NCBI RefSeq assembly: GCF_006345805.1
Contig: NC_043007.1
Location: 25,482,001-25,546,000, forward strand
Direction: 5' to 3'
Length of the DNA stretch: 64,000 nt
From: Octopus sinensis
Taxonomy: Eukaryota
Both the position numbers and the translations under genes were made by a program. The notes under the pieces are model-generated. The model had not been told where the DNA came from and did not search any database. It was given only the letters and a program-made list of their open reading frames with translations. Positions 34,735 to 46,490 of the stretch are shown piece by piece. How positions within the stretch are numbered: position 1 is the stretch's first letter; each line of letters starts with the position of its first letter.

Positions 34735-35410
34735 GTTGTTTCTGTCATTAGACTAAGGCCATGCTGGGGCACTGCCTTGAATTTTTAGTTGAATGAATTG
34801 ACCCCCAGTACTTATTTTTTTTTTTTTAAGCCAGTTACTGATGTTATCTGTGGAGGTGCATGGCTTAGTGGTTAGGGTGTCAGCATCATGATCGTAAGAT
34901 TGTGGTTTCGATTCCTGGACCGGGCGACGCGTTGTGTTCTTGAGCAAAACACTCCATTTCACGTTGCTCCTGTCCACTCAGCTGGCAGAAATGAGTAATG
35001 CTGCGATGGACTGGCGTCTCGACCAGCTGGGGAACACATACGCCATTGAAACCTGGACACTGGGCCCATGAGCCTGGCTAGGCTTTAAAAGGGCGCATAA
35101 AATAAAAAAAACTGATGTTATCAGACTCTTTTGCCAAACCATTAAGTCATGGAAATGTAAACACACCAACACCGGTTGTCAGGCAGTGGTGGAGACAAAC
35201 ACGGACACAAGACACACACACACACACACACACACACGCAAACATGTATGTATATGATGATCTTCTTTCAGTTTCCGTCTACCAAATCCACTCACAAGGC
35301 TTTGGTCAGCCTGAGGCTATAGCAGAAGACACCTGCCCAAGGTGCCACACAGTGGGACTGAACCTGAAACTATGTGGTTTGGAAGCAAGCTTCTTACCAC
35401 ATAGCCATAT
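34735..35410 (-). mobile_element. SINE-A interrupted by a D-family SINE
   Basis: Tail at 34735-34848, remainder 35111-35410. Confidence 0.85.
34849..35110 (+). mobile_element. SINE D head + tail 3 (A-rich tail), with TSD
   Basis: 12-bp TSD ACTGATGTTATC at 34837-34848 and 35111-35122; degenerate relative at 52785-53010. Confidence 0.9.
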
Positions 35411-36279
35411 ACGATAGTTGTTGTTTGGCTCCATGCAAGACTGCATGAAGGAAGCATTTAGCATGTTCTAGCCATGGCGATCCTGTCTGTTTGTCAGGCG
35501 TAGTTTATCTTCAACTATATTATCCAATCTAATCTGTCCCTCTTTTCTTCAAGGTGACAAGACATAATCTGTGGGTAATTTGGCTGCTATTTCTGGCAGA
35601 TGGTTTGACTTAAGTAGAAGTTCCCTCTGTTGTTGCATTATATTATTTTCTCTTTCTAAGAAGAAAATATTTTTGTTAATTTCTTTTATAGCAAGTTTTT
35701 AGATTTCTAATTCCTCCTGCGTTTTCTTGTTCTTTCCGTTTTCAATGTACCAGCTCAGAATACAAATATGTCATTTTAATGGTTTAGATTTTATATTGAA
35801 GTAGTTTCAAGTATCAAATAGCGCCAGTATTCTACAGTGGAACAGTGAATTAGCTCAGCTAGTATTGCTAGTTCTCTAATGGAAACGTAATAGCTACCAA
35901 TACGAATCCTTAACTGCCAACAACACAGTTGAAAATTCACAGCAATTTCTCCAGCCTTTAAACAGCTACTTTATGTCTTTTTCAATTTACCATCAAATTT
36001 CTCTATTTAACAGACTTTCAGCAGATATGTCTTTTAAATAATCCTTCGAAATGTCTCCCAATGTGTATTTAGTAGAATTTTTTTTTTTTTTTTGCCTTTT
36101 ATGTAATACAGATGGGAGTATTTTGTCTTGTTGTTCAGTAACCACCACCACCGTACTACCAGTCAATACTGTCTGAGCATAGCTATGATCAATACTGTTC
36201 TCTCATTTGTAGGGACAGCTAAGATTATGTTCTTTTATATGTGTGAAAGGACACTATCCTCAATGTCCTTAGAAATGAT

Positions 36280-36358
<79 letters not shown>

Positions 36359-36477
36359 AAATACAAAATGGGACAAGAACGCAAAACATCCGATATATAT
36401 ATATATAGTAAAAATAATGATAATAATCCGCAAATTATTATATATATACATGCAGATATACATATATATATATGTAT

Positions 36478-36705
36478 TCGTGTGTGTATGTGTTTGTGTG
36501 TCTGTGTTTGCCGCCCCCAACATCGCTTGACAACCGATGCTGGTGTGTTTACGTCCCCGTAACCTAGCGGTTCAGCAAAAGAGAACGATAGAATAAGTAC
36601 TAGGCTTACAAAGAATAAGTCTTGGGGTCGATTTGCTCGACTAAAGGTGGTGCTCCAGCATGGCCACAGTCAAATGACTGAAACAGTAAAAGAGAGTAAA
36701 GAGTA
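36478..36705 (+). mobile_element. SINE-A 3' half
   Basis: Starts at the internal microsatellite. Confidence 0.9.
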
Positions 36706-36707
36706 TA

Positions 36708-36738
<31 letters not shown>

Positions 36739-36924
36739 GGCTTATATATATATATATATATATATAGGCTTATATATATATATATATACACATATATGTA
36801 CATACACACAAATATGTATGTACATTATTAATGTCAGCTGAATGAGAAAGAGTGCTCAATGCATGTTGTAGAGAATATAGTTCCTTTTTTTTTCTTCTTT
36901 TTAGTAAAGCTAAAGCTGAGGGTT

Positions 36925-36971
36925 TACCTTGTGACCTGAGTTTCACACCTGTGTGATCATCAGGCAAAACA
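36925..36971 (-). ncRNA. Second minimal type I hammerhead motif (degenerate)
   Basis: Minus strand TGTTTTGC-CTGATGA-T-CAC-ACAG-GTG-T-GAAA-CTCAG-GTC-ACAAGGTA; GUC triplet; stem I starts with a C-A mismatch and has wobbles. Confidence 0.55.
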
Positions 36972-37082
36972 TTTGACCTGATGGCATGAAACTCAAGTTG
37001 CGAGACAAAGCTTCAGTTTTAATAAAAAAAACTCTCTCGCTCTCTCTTTCTGTGTGTGTGTATGTATTTTATATATATATAT

Positions 37083-37238
37083 AGATTCAGTTGAATATGG
37101 TACTTAAGCTAAAGGCACCAGAATTTAGTATGGTATTATCCATATAATTCAAAATGGGGTGATTATGATCAAAATAAGCAACAAGGATATCCAGAGGTAA
37201 TGCATTACCTCTGGATATCCTTGTTGCTTATTTTGATT
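37083..37238. mobile_element. (TA)n-embedded fold-back element
   Basis: Perfect 70-bp palindrome 37168-37237; left part homologous to 9467-9557. Confidence 0.65.
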
Positions 37239-37836
37239 ATATATATATATATAAATCTCTTATATCTTACATGTTTCAATCATTGGGTTGTAGCTATACT
37301 GGGGTACTGGCCTTGAAAACACACACATGCACACACACGCACGCACACACACACACACGGTACCTTAAGCAAGTATCTCCTGATATGACTTCAGGCTAAC
37401 TAATGTCTCTTTGTAAGTGGAATTGGTATATGGAAACTGAGAAGCAGTTTTGGTGTACATGCATGTTTGCCAGTGAGAATATCACATCCATGTCTCCTCA
37501 TTAACCTTTTAACGTCATTAACGTCATTAACCTCATTAATGTGTTTTAACCTCATTAACGTGTTTTTATTTACATCCTCCTGTAAGCAAAAACCCTGCAG
37601 TTTCACAACAGCTTTGTTTTTTTCTTAGTTTTTTTTTTAGGCTGGCATCCAGAAGACCAAAATGCAAATCTTCTAGAATTTTAAAATGCCAGAAGTGTAG
37701 CAGCTTCTGAGAATCTTACGACTCAGTGTGTTAGTTTTCTAACTGACAGTGCATGATTTTAAAATCTGCTGAGCTGATGCAATTTCAGTGACTCTTGGAA
37801 TTTGCAAACCTATTGCACCTACTCTAATGTAAGAGT

Positions 37837-37866
<30 letters not shown>

Positions 37867-37869
<3 letters not shown>

Positions 37870-38247
37870 GAGGCGCAATGGCCCAGTGGTTAGGGCAGCG
37901 GACTCGCGGTCGTAGGATCGCGGTTTCGATTCCCAGACTGGGCGTTGTGAGTGTTTATTGAGCGAAAACACCTAAAGCTCCACGAGGCTCCAGCAGGGGA
38001 TGGTGGTGATCCCTGCTGTACTCTTTCACCACAGCTTTCTCTCACTCTTTCTTCCTGTTTCTGTTGTACCTGTATTTCAAAGGGCCGGCCTTGTCACTCT
38101 GTGTCACGCTGAATATCCCCGAGAACTACGTTAAGGGTACACGTGTCTGTGGAGTGCTCAGCCACTTACACGTTAATTTCACGAGCAGGCTGTTCCGTTG
38201 ATTCGGATCAACCAGAACCCTCATCGTCGTAACCGACGGAGTGCTTC
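37867..38247 (+). mobile_element. SINE F head + tail 1
   Basis: tRNA-like head with D arm GCCC-AGTGGTTA-GGGC and GTTTCGATTCC; tail same type as that of 21636-21961. Confidence 0.95.
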
Positions 38248-38489
38248 CCTGTGTGTGTATGTGTGTGTGTGCATTCACACATGGTAGGAATGCTGGAGAA
38301 TTTGTTTGGTTTCTTTCCTTCGTTTTCTCTTTCCTTTGTGTTTTCATTTCCCCATCCTCTCTTTCCACCTTTCTATCTTTCAGCCTTTCATCATCTTCCT
38401 TTTCTTCCTTTCGTTCTTCCATTCATTCTTTTTTCCCCTTCTTTACTTCCCTATCTTCCCCCTCCGCATTGACATTAGGGATCCATCCA

Positions 38490-38870
38490 TTGATGCATTG
38501 TTTCAATCATTTATGATCTACCACTTAATGATCTTCCACTTAATGTGTTATTCCAATCATTAATCATTAAACCTTTAATGTACTGTCTTAATTATTAATG
38601 ATTAATATGTTGTTTTAACCATTCATGGTACCGATCCAACCTTTATTTAACGTGTTTTAATCATTAATAATCCATCATTTGATGTGTTATTTTAATAAAT
38701 CATTGGTCCTTTGGTGTTTAATCATTAATTATTAATGTCTAGTTTGAATCATTAATCATTGGTCCTTTAATGTGTTTTTTTAATCAGTAATCATTAGTTT
38801 TTTTCAGTATGTGTTGTTTTAATCATTAACAATCAACAGTGTAATGTGTTGTTTTAATAAACGATGTTGA
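38490..38870. repeat. Degenerate AT-rich minisatellite
   Basis: Recurrent core GTGTT(G)TTTTAATCATTAA. Confidence 0.6.
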
Positions 38871-38956
38871 TATTATTTGAATGAAATATTATTGATATAA
38901 CATTAAACTTGTTTATAACTGTCACTTATGCTCTCCATCCTTCTACTTTTAATCAG

Positions 38957-39151
38957 GAAACCTTCACCCAGGTGAACAGCGGGCAAGTTTACCAGATGAG
39001 TTATCACACAGCAATGCAAATCAGAAACATGTCACTCGATATCACTTACGGCGACGAGAAGTTGCGGAAATTACAGTCCCATCGCTGGCCACGCCCCCTG
39101 TTCCGACCAAAAGAAGGAAGCAGACGAAGGTTACGTGTGGGACTGATACAA
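38957..39151 (+). CDS. Candidate 195-nt internal host exon, product unidentified
   Basis: No AG from about 38840 to 38954, pyrimidine tract CTCTCCATCCTTCTACTTTT, acceptor CAG 38954-38956, donor CAA|GTGAGT; unique CpG-containing sequence; two open frames. Confidence 0.55.
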
Positions 39152-39180
39152 GTGAGTGCTATATTTCTCATTGGTTTAAA

Positions 39181-39710
39181 GTGGTGAGCTGGCAGAATTG
39201 TTAGTACACCAAGCAAAATGCTTAGTGACATTTTGTACTTCTTTATGTTCTGAGTTCAAATTCTGACACGATCAACTTTGCCTTTGATCAAGGCGGCGAG
39301 CTGACAGAAACGTTAGCATGCCGGGTGAAATGCTTAGCGGTATTTCGTCTGCCGCTACGTTCTGAGTTCAAATTCCGCCGAGGTCGACTTTGCCTTTCAT
39401 CCTTTCGGGGTCGATTAAATAAGTACCAGTTATGCACTGGGGTCGATATAATCGACTTAATCCATTTGTCTGTCCTTGTTTGTCCTCTTTGTGTTTAGCC
39501 CATTGTGGGTAGTAAAGAAATAGGTATTTTGTCTGCTGTTACATTCTGAGTTCAAATTCTGCCGAGGTCAACTTTGCTTTTCATCCTTTCAGGGTCGATA
39601 AATTAAGTACCAGTTACGCACTGGGTTCGATGTAATCGACTTAATCCCTTTGTCTGTCCTTGGTTGTCCCCTCTATGTTTAGCCCCTTGTGGGTAGTAAA
39701 GAAATAGGTA
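39181..39710 (+). mobile_element. Old B fragment + SINE-B-long + headless B copy
   Basis: Full copy 39290-39524, restart at GGTATTT (39523), second tail ending 39710. Confidence 0.9.
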
Positions 39711-39719
39711 AGTGTATCA

Positions 39720-41321
39720 CTGCTAGTCAATGAGACTGCCATCTTTTGGATGTGTGTTGATCACGTCTCAATGTGTATGTCGACAGCCTTGTCCCAGGTG
39801 TGTGAGGCAGAGGTTTTGGTGTGCTGGTGAGTGTACCATTGTCAGTTTGTTTGCACGTGTGTCTTGCATGTCTGAGTGGGTGTGTATCAGTAATGCTATC
39901 CCAGATTTATAAGTCAGTAATTGTCGAGGTGAAATAGGGCTTAGCCCTCAATCAATCAGTGCATCTTTTGTTCGTGTCTGTTAGTTTTCTTTCGGTTATC
40001 TTAGCCAGTGGGTGTAGTCTATTAGTGAGTGTACCAATGTCAGTTAGTTTGGATACGTGCATGTGTCAGTAACACAGTGTCAGATTTATCACTCAGTGGT
40101 TGTCCAGGTGAAGTAGTGGTTATCCTTCTATTTCTTTACTACCCACAAGGGGCTAAACACAGAGGGGACAAACATGGACAGACAAACAGATTAAGTCGAT
40201 TATATCGACCCCAGTGCGTAACTGGTATTTATTCACTCGATCCCAAAAGGATGAAAGGCAAAGTCGACCTCGGCGGAATTTGAACTCAGAACTTAAAAAC
40301 AGATGAAATACCGCTAAGCATTTCGCCCGGCGTGTTAACATTTCTGCAATCTCGCCACCTTAAAGTAGTGGTTATCCTTCGACCAATCAGATCTTTTGTA
40401 TGTGTCTGTTAGCAGCACTGTCTCAGTTATTTGAGCCAGCGTATATTAGTGTATTTGGTAAATGTATCAATTTCAGTTAATTTGGATGTGTGCATGTATC
40501 GGTAACACAATTTCAGATTTATCAGTCTGTGGTTGTCCAGGTGAAGTATTGGTTATCCTTCGACCAATCAGATCTTTTGTATGTGTCTGTTAGCAACACT
40601 GTCTCATTTATCTGAGCCAGTGTATATTGGTATATTTATTGAATGTATCAATTTTAGTTAATTTGGATGTGTGCATGATCGGTAACACAATTTCAGATTA
40701 TCAGTCTGTGGTTGTCCAGGTGAAGTATTGGTTATCCTTCGACCAATCAGATCTTTTGTATGTGTCTGTTAGCAACACTGTCTCATTTATCTGAGCCAGT
40801 GTATATTGGTATATTTATTGAATGTATCAATTTTAGTTAATTTGGATGTGTGCATGTATCGGTAACACAATTTCAGATTTATCAGTCTGTGGTTGTCCAG
40901 GTGAAATAATGGTTATCCTTCAACCAATCGGATCTTTCGTATGTGTCTATTAGTAATACCGTCTCAGTTATGTAAGCTGGCAGGTGTAGTGTATCTGTAA
41001 GTGTGTCAGTTTGGAAATGTGTTTGTGTGTATCAGTAGATCTGTGATTTAGTGCTTGTTGAAGTGAAGTATCGGCTAGAGCATTTTCCCCTCTGTCTGTA
41101 TCAACAGCATTTGTTCCAGATAATGTGAGTCATTATTGGTTGTGTGTAGTATATTGGTGAGTGTATCACTGCCTGGTAGTGTGCACGGCCTTCAGTGGAT
41201 GTTGTTCTAGGTCATCTGAATGGATATTGATAATGCTGTCCCAGATATGTAGGCCAGTGGTTGTAGGTAGTTGCGATTACCCCTCAGTCAGCCAGAGCAT
41301 CTTTTGGATGTGTGTCTAGGA

Positions 41322-41354
<33 letters not shown>

Positions 41355-41400
41355 CTATCACCAACATTGTCCCAGATATGGGAACCGGTAGGTTGTACTG
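39720..41400. repeat. About 180-bp unit tandem array, homogeneous core and diverged edges
   Basis: GGTTATCCTTC(G/A)ACCAATC at about 40370, 40551, 40730, 40911; older units on both sides. Confidence 0.85.
40129..40362 (-). mobile_element. SINE-B-long with TSD, inserted in the array
   Basis: 18-bp TSD AAGTAGTGGTTATCCTTC at 40111-40128 and 40363-40380. Confidence 0.95.
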
Positions 41401-41518
41401 TGTTAATCACTGCCATTCAGTGAGAGTGTTGTTTGGATAGCTCTTGTAGTTGATAATAGCATTGAATACCACACAGTTGTTGCTTTGTTCTCTGTCTGAG
41501 ATATATACATACATACTT

Positions 41519-41551
<33 letters not shown>

Positions 41552-41563
41552 GATATATAGATA

Positions 41564-41599
<36 letters not shown>

Positions 41600-41629
41600 G
41601 CGAGAGAGAGAGAGAGAGAGAGATGTGTG

Positions 41630-41660
<31 letters not shown>

Positions 41661-41953
41661 GCATGCACACTCATGCATGTGTGAAGAAAGTTGGGTTGTC
41701 ATAGATAACCCAAGACTATCATTTGAGATAACCTATTTTTCTTTAAAACTATTTGAAATGGAATAAACATGAAGTTGACTTGGAATGACATCTATTTCAA
41801 CATGCAGGATAATATAATCAGACGGAGTCACTAAGGGTGTCTTTATATGGTCACTCAGTCTGAGAGAAATAGCAGTCAGGTCTTCCTTAAATTACATTCT
41901 GCTGTCTTAATAAAAAAAAAAGAGGGACATATTGAATGATGTAATAGGGCATC

Positions 41954-42262
41954 ATCAAGGTTAGATGCAGAGGGTTTGCTAACCAGTTCCTCTGCAGGGC
42001 ATACAATATGTTTGGCATCATAGGGGCCTGTTGGTTGAAGGCCATCTGGCTGGCTGTGGAGGCAGCAGAGGCTGCCTCATGATGGCTATGGATCAGGAGG
42101 TGCTTTGGAAAGAGCAGTGCTGTTAGGGGTGGCGCTAACTGGACTCAAGTGTGGACTTGATCAATCCTGGCTGGGTTACCTGGGTTGAGGATGTCTGATG
42201 TTAAATGACCCCAAACAACTAATGACCCCCCCCCCCAGAAGCATTACTGATGATGTGTTAAG
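41954..42262 (+). pseudogene. HERO-like (restriction-like endonuclease) non-LTR retrotransposon 3' remnant
   Basis: IKVRCRGFANQFLCRAYNMFGIIGACWLKAIWLAVEAAEAAS*WLWIRR resembles the recalled HERO C-terminus (IEVGCRGF...AAEKASxWLWxKR); downstream ACTGATGATGTG resembles the recalled 3' UTR. Confidence 0.7.
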
Positions 42263-42914
42263 GTGCATCACAGGATGATGGATGGAAAAACAAGATGTCG
42301 TAGTCGGAATACATTTAATTGGCTACCAGAAAATTCACTGACTGTTGCTTACTTAGCAATAATTCATCAATTAGTAAATACACCTACATGCAATTAACCA
42401 ATTAACATATTAACCAATGGCGAATTATTAATTAATGTCTTGAATTCAATAAAGGAATAAAAAAAAATAGAAAAAGAAATAGTTGTTACACACAAGAATT
42501 ATTCTTAAAGTATGAAAAGTGATACAGCATCGAAAGGCTTTCTAAAATGAGATGTCATAAGTCTCTTAAATATTAAATGATATCATTGTTAGGTTCACAG
42601 TTCACAACAAGTCTGTATATTCTTTCAGCACAGTTGCAATATTTCCATCTCTTCAAAGGATTACGTAGCTGTTAGGAACTATTGGTTGTAAATTGATGTC
42701 AGTAAGTTGCTGTTAGTAAAATTGCTTTTGGCGAATTTTTCTGTAACACACCTTAAACTAATGAGTGAGGTGAACTAGAATCAAGCTCAGGTGAAATAAT
42801 GATAACATCATCATAAGTCATCATCATCATCATCATTGTTATCATTATTGTTGTTTTTGTGTCCATGGTGGCATGGGTTAGATGAAACTTTGACCATGTA
42901 TGTCAAACACATAC

Positions 42915-43145
42915 ATATATATATATATATGTGTGTGTGTGTATGTGCTTGTGTGTCTGTTTGTGCCCCCAACATCGCTTGACAACCAATGGTGGTGTGT
43001 TTACATCCCTGTAACTTAGCGGTTCGGCAAAAGAGACTGATAGAATAAGTACTAGGCTTACAAAGAATAAGCCCTGGGGTCGATTTGCTCAACTGAAAGG
43101 CGGTGCTCCAGCATGGCCATAGTCAAATGATTGAAACAAGTAAAA
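42915..43145 (+). mobile_element. SINE-A 3' half
   Basis: Body and tail homology. Confidence 0.9.
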
Positions 43146-43329
43146 AAAAAAAAAAAGAGTATGTGTTTTTCTTTTCATGAACACTATCTTTTTTTTCCAT
43201 TTGCCTCCAGCTTGACCCCCTCCCCCACTTGTCAAAAGCAGTGAAGCTGTTAAAATTATAAAACTTTCAATTCCTGGTAAATGAGAGACCATTTTTGCTC
43301 AGGCAGTGTTAACTGGAGACTTGTTAAAG

Positions 43330-43515
43330 CAACATTCGATGGCGCTCCATCAGTTAAGACGAGTGTTCCAGTCGATCCAATCAATGGAACAGCTTGCTTG
43401 TGAAATTCATGTGCAAGTGGTTGAGTACTCCACAGACATGCTTACTCTCAACACAGGTTCTCAGGGAGATTCAGCATGACACAGAATATAACAAAGGTCA
43501 TCCCATTAAATTACA
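43330..43515 (-). mobile_element. Degenerate tail-1 fragment
   Basis: GGAACAGCTTGCTTGTGAAATT...CTCCACAGACA homologous to 44190-44250. Confidence 0.65.
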
Positions 43516-44142
43516 GATACAACCCAAGTTTTGCCAGCTGAGTGGACTGGAGTGCATGCACACACACACACACACACAAAACCAGACGGCAGACTTCTTC
43601 CACCAATTCTACTCACAGAGTGTTAGTCAATCCAAGTTTAGAGCAGAAGGCGTTTATCCTAGGTCCCACACAATGAGACTAAATCCAGAAGTGTGTGGTT
43701 ATGAATCAAACTTTGTTGTCACACAGCCCTAATCATACAATTTAACAACCAAATTTCCATGCATTTAAATGAAACAGTAGACTCCTGGGAAACTAGTAGT
43801 AATGGTCTCCATTAGAATACAGTATGTACAAAAACCTCCCTAAGTAGAAATGCTTATTTTGCCATGAAGACAAATCTAATATTTCAGGTTGGACCCTTTG
43901 TTGGAAATAGCTGATATGTTTACTGCTTTAGTCTCTGTATTAAATACATTAATCAGAAACGTTGTGTATTCTGTCTTTGACTTCACAATCACAAGCGAGT
44001 TTGCCCTGGTAGCTTTTACTGTTATCATTATCGTCATTTGATGTCCGTTTTTGATGCTGACATGGTTCAACAGGAGCTGGTGAGCAGGAGGACTCCACCA
44101 AACCCTAGGATCTGCTTTGGAATGGTTTCTTATTTCTTTGTT

Positions 44143-44524
44143 GGAAGCACTCCGTCGGTTACGACAATGAGGGTTCCGGTTGATCCAATAAACGGAACAG
44201 CCTGCTCGTGAAATTAACGTGTAAGTGGCTGAGCACTCCACAGACACGTGTACCCTTAACGTAGTTCTCGGGGATATTCAGCGTGATACAGAGAGTGACA
44301 AGGCCGGCCCTTTGAAATACAGGTACAACAGAAACAGGAAATAAGAGTGAGAGAAAGTTGTGGTGAAAGAGTACAGCAGGGATCACCACCATCCCTGCCG
44401 GAACCTTGTGGAGCTTTAGGTGTTTTTGCTCAATAAACACTCACAACGCCCGGTCTGGGAATCGAAACTGCGATCCTAGGACCGCGAGTCCGCTGCCCTA
44501 ACCACTGGGCCATTGCGCCTCCAC
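44143..44524 (-). mobile_element. SINE F head + tail 1
   Basis: Near-identical reverse complement of 37867-38247. Confidence 0.95.
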
Positions 44525-44729
44525 ATATTTCTTTGTTACCCACTGGAGAAAAAGAAGGTTGTACTCATTTTCAGTTGAGAAAACTGGAGCAATGTGAAAT
44601 GAAGCTCCTTGCTCAAAGATACAATGCACTACCTGGTTCAGGAATTGAACTCATGACATTATGAGTGTGAGCCCCATACCTTATCTGGTAAACAACTTGC
44701 TATTACAATGGTATTATAAAGAACAAAGA

Positions 44730-44940
44730 TGGTGAGTTGGCAAAATTGTTAGTATGCCAGACAAAATGCTTAGTAGCATTTCTTCTGTTCTTTTGGTTCT
44801 TTACATTCTGAGTTCAAATCCTGCCAAGGCCAACTTTGTCCTTCACCCTTTCAAGGCCGATAAAATGAAGTACTAGTCGAGTACAGCAGTCGATGTAATT
44901 GACTTTCCCCTCCCCTCAAAACTGCTTTCTTTGTGCCAAG
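44730..44940 (+). mobile_element. SINE-B-short, diverged
   Basis: GGTGAGTTGGCAAAATTGTTAG head, CTGAGTTCAAATCC. Confidence 0.75.
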
Positions 44941-44945
44941 ACTTA

Positions 44946-45144
44946 CTCTTTTACTCGTTTCAGTCATTTGACTGCAGCCATGCTGGAGCACCACCTTTTT
45001 AGTTGAGCAAATTGACTCCAGGACTTATTCTATTGGCTTCTTTTGCCGAACTGCTAAGTTACGGAGACGTAAACACACCAAGCAATGTTGGGGACAAACA
45101 CAGACACACAAACATATACACACACGCACACATATATATATATA

Positions 45145-45185
<41 letters not shown>

Positions 45186-45353
45186 GTATACGACGGGCTT
45201 CTTTCAGTTTCTGGCCATCAAATCCACTCACAAGGCTTTGGTCGGCCTGAGGCTATAGTAGAAGACACTTGCCCAAGGTGCCACGCAGTGGGAATGAACC
45301 TGGAACCATGTGGTTGGTTTAGCAAGCTACTCACCACACAGCCACTCCTGCGC
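44946..45353 (-). mobile_element. SINE-A with small internal deletions
   Basis: Full head and tail. Confidence 0.95.
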
Positions 45354-45601
45354 TTAGAAAGAATTATTATAAAGAGTAAGATACAAACCATAATTAGAGG
45401 GAACTAATACTGCATGGTGGGAGGGGTTGGGGTGGGGTTGGGGGGAGAAATCAGTAATGTTTTCAAATTTAGTTCAGTTTATTATAGTGCAGTAAAGGAG
45501 ACAAATTTATTTTGAAATGGAAGAATTTTCTTGAAATGTCAAGATTCCTGTTTGACTAGAGTAGACAAATTTATCTAAATTTGTGAACATCACTGTAATT
45601 T

Positions 45602-45638
<37 letters not shown>

Positions 45639-46206
45639 TAAATATATATAATCTGAAAACTTTAAACATTATTTTCAGAAATTAATTAGTTTTAGATAGA
45701 AATTTCTATTTAAACAGTGAAAAAAAAAATGCAAACAAAAAGACGCTATTAATTATGATGTTAATTATGCTGTTAATTAAGTTGTTAATTATTGATTTAT
45801 GGCACATATATGAGTTGTTGTTTAGCTCAAAGCCAGCTCTTGATCAAGTTGACCTATAACGAAAGACACTCCAGCCACGACCATCGAATCTTATTTTTGG
45901 ATACTGTATCTAGGTCGGTATTATCCAATGTACCTTCTTTGTTAAGATGAGCTGTTGCACAAGGGGAATTTTGCTGTGATTTCTAGCAGGTCGAGTGACT
46001 ATGGAAAGTCTAATGAATTTGGAGTTATAAGCTTTGAGATATTTAGTGTTGTTTTTTCATGTTTTGAGTTCATATCCCACTGAGATCAACTTTGTCTTTT
46101 AGCCTTCCAGGGTCAACAAAATAAGTGAACTTGAGTCATTTAAATTGACTCCACTCCAGAAATATGTGGCCTTGTGTTTATTATTATTATTATTGTTGTT
46201 GTTGTT

Positions 46207-46265
<59 letters not shown>

Positions 46266-46266
<1 letters not shown>

Positions 46267-46490
46267 AAGGTGGGTTAACTGGCAGAATTGTTAGCATGCC
46301 AGGCAAAACACTTAACAGCATTTCATCTCTCCTTTCATTCCAAGTTCAAATTCTGCTGAGATCAGCTTTGTCTTTCATCCTTTTAGGGATCTGTAAAATA
46401 AAGCACCATTCAAGTATCAAGGTAGATGTATTCACTAACACTCTCCCCTCCCCCAAATTTGCTGGCCTTGTGCCAAAATTTGAAACAATT
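46266..46490 (+). mobile_element. SINE-B-short (a degenerate copy and trinucleotide linker precede it, 46020-46265)
   Basis: Tail GGCCTTGTGCCAAAATTTGAAACAATTATT. Confidence 0.8.

Noticed and set aside
37867-37945. Functional tRNA genes at SINE heads
   Set aside because: A and B boxes and D arms are present, but acceptor stems are incomplete and all run into SINE bodies
42320-42750. DNA transposon with AAAATTC termini; similar GCCAAAATGTC-ended pieces at 11905-12477 and 30415-30990
   Set aside because: Terminal repeats too degenerate to fix boundaries or class
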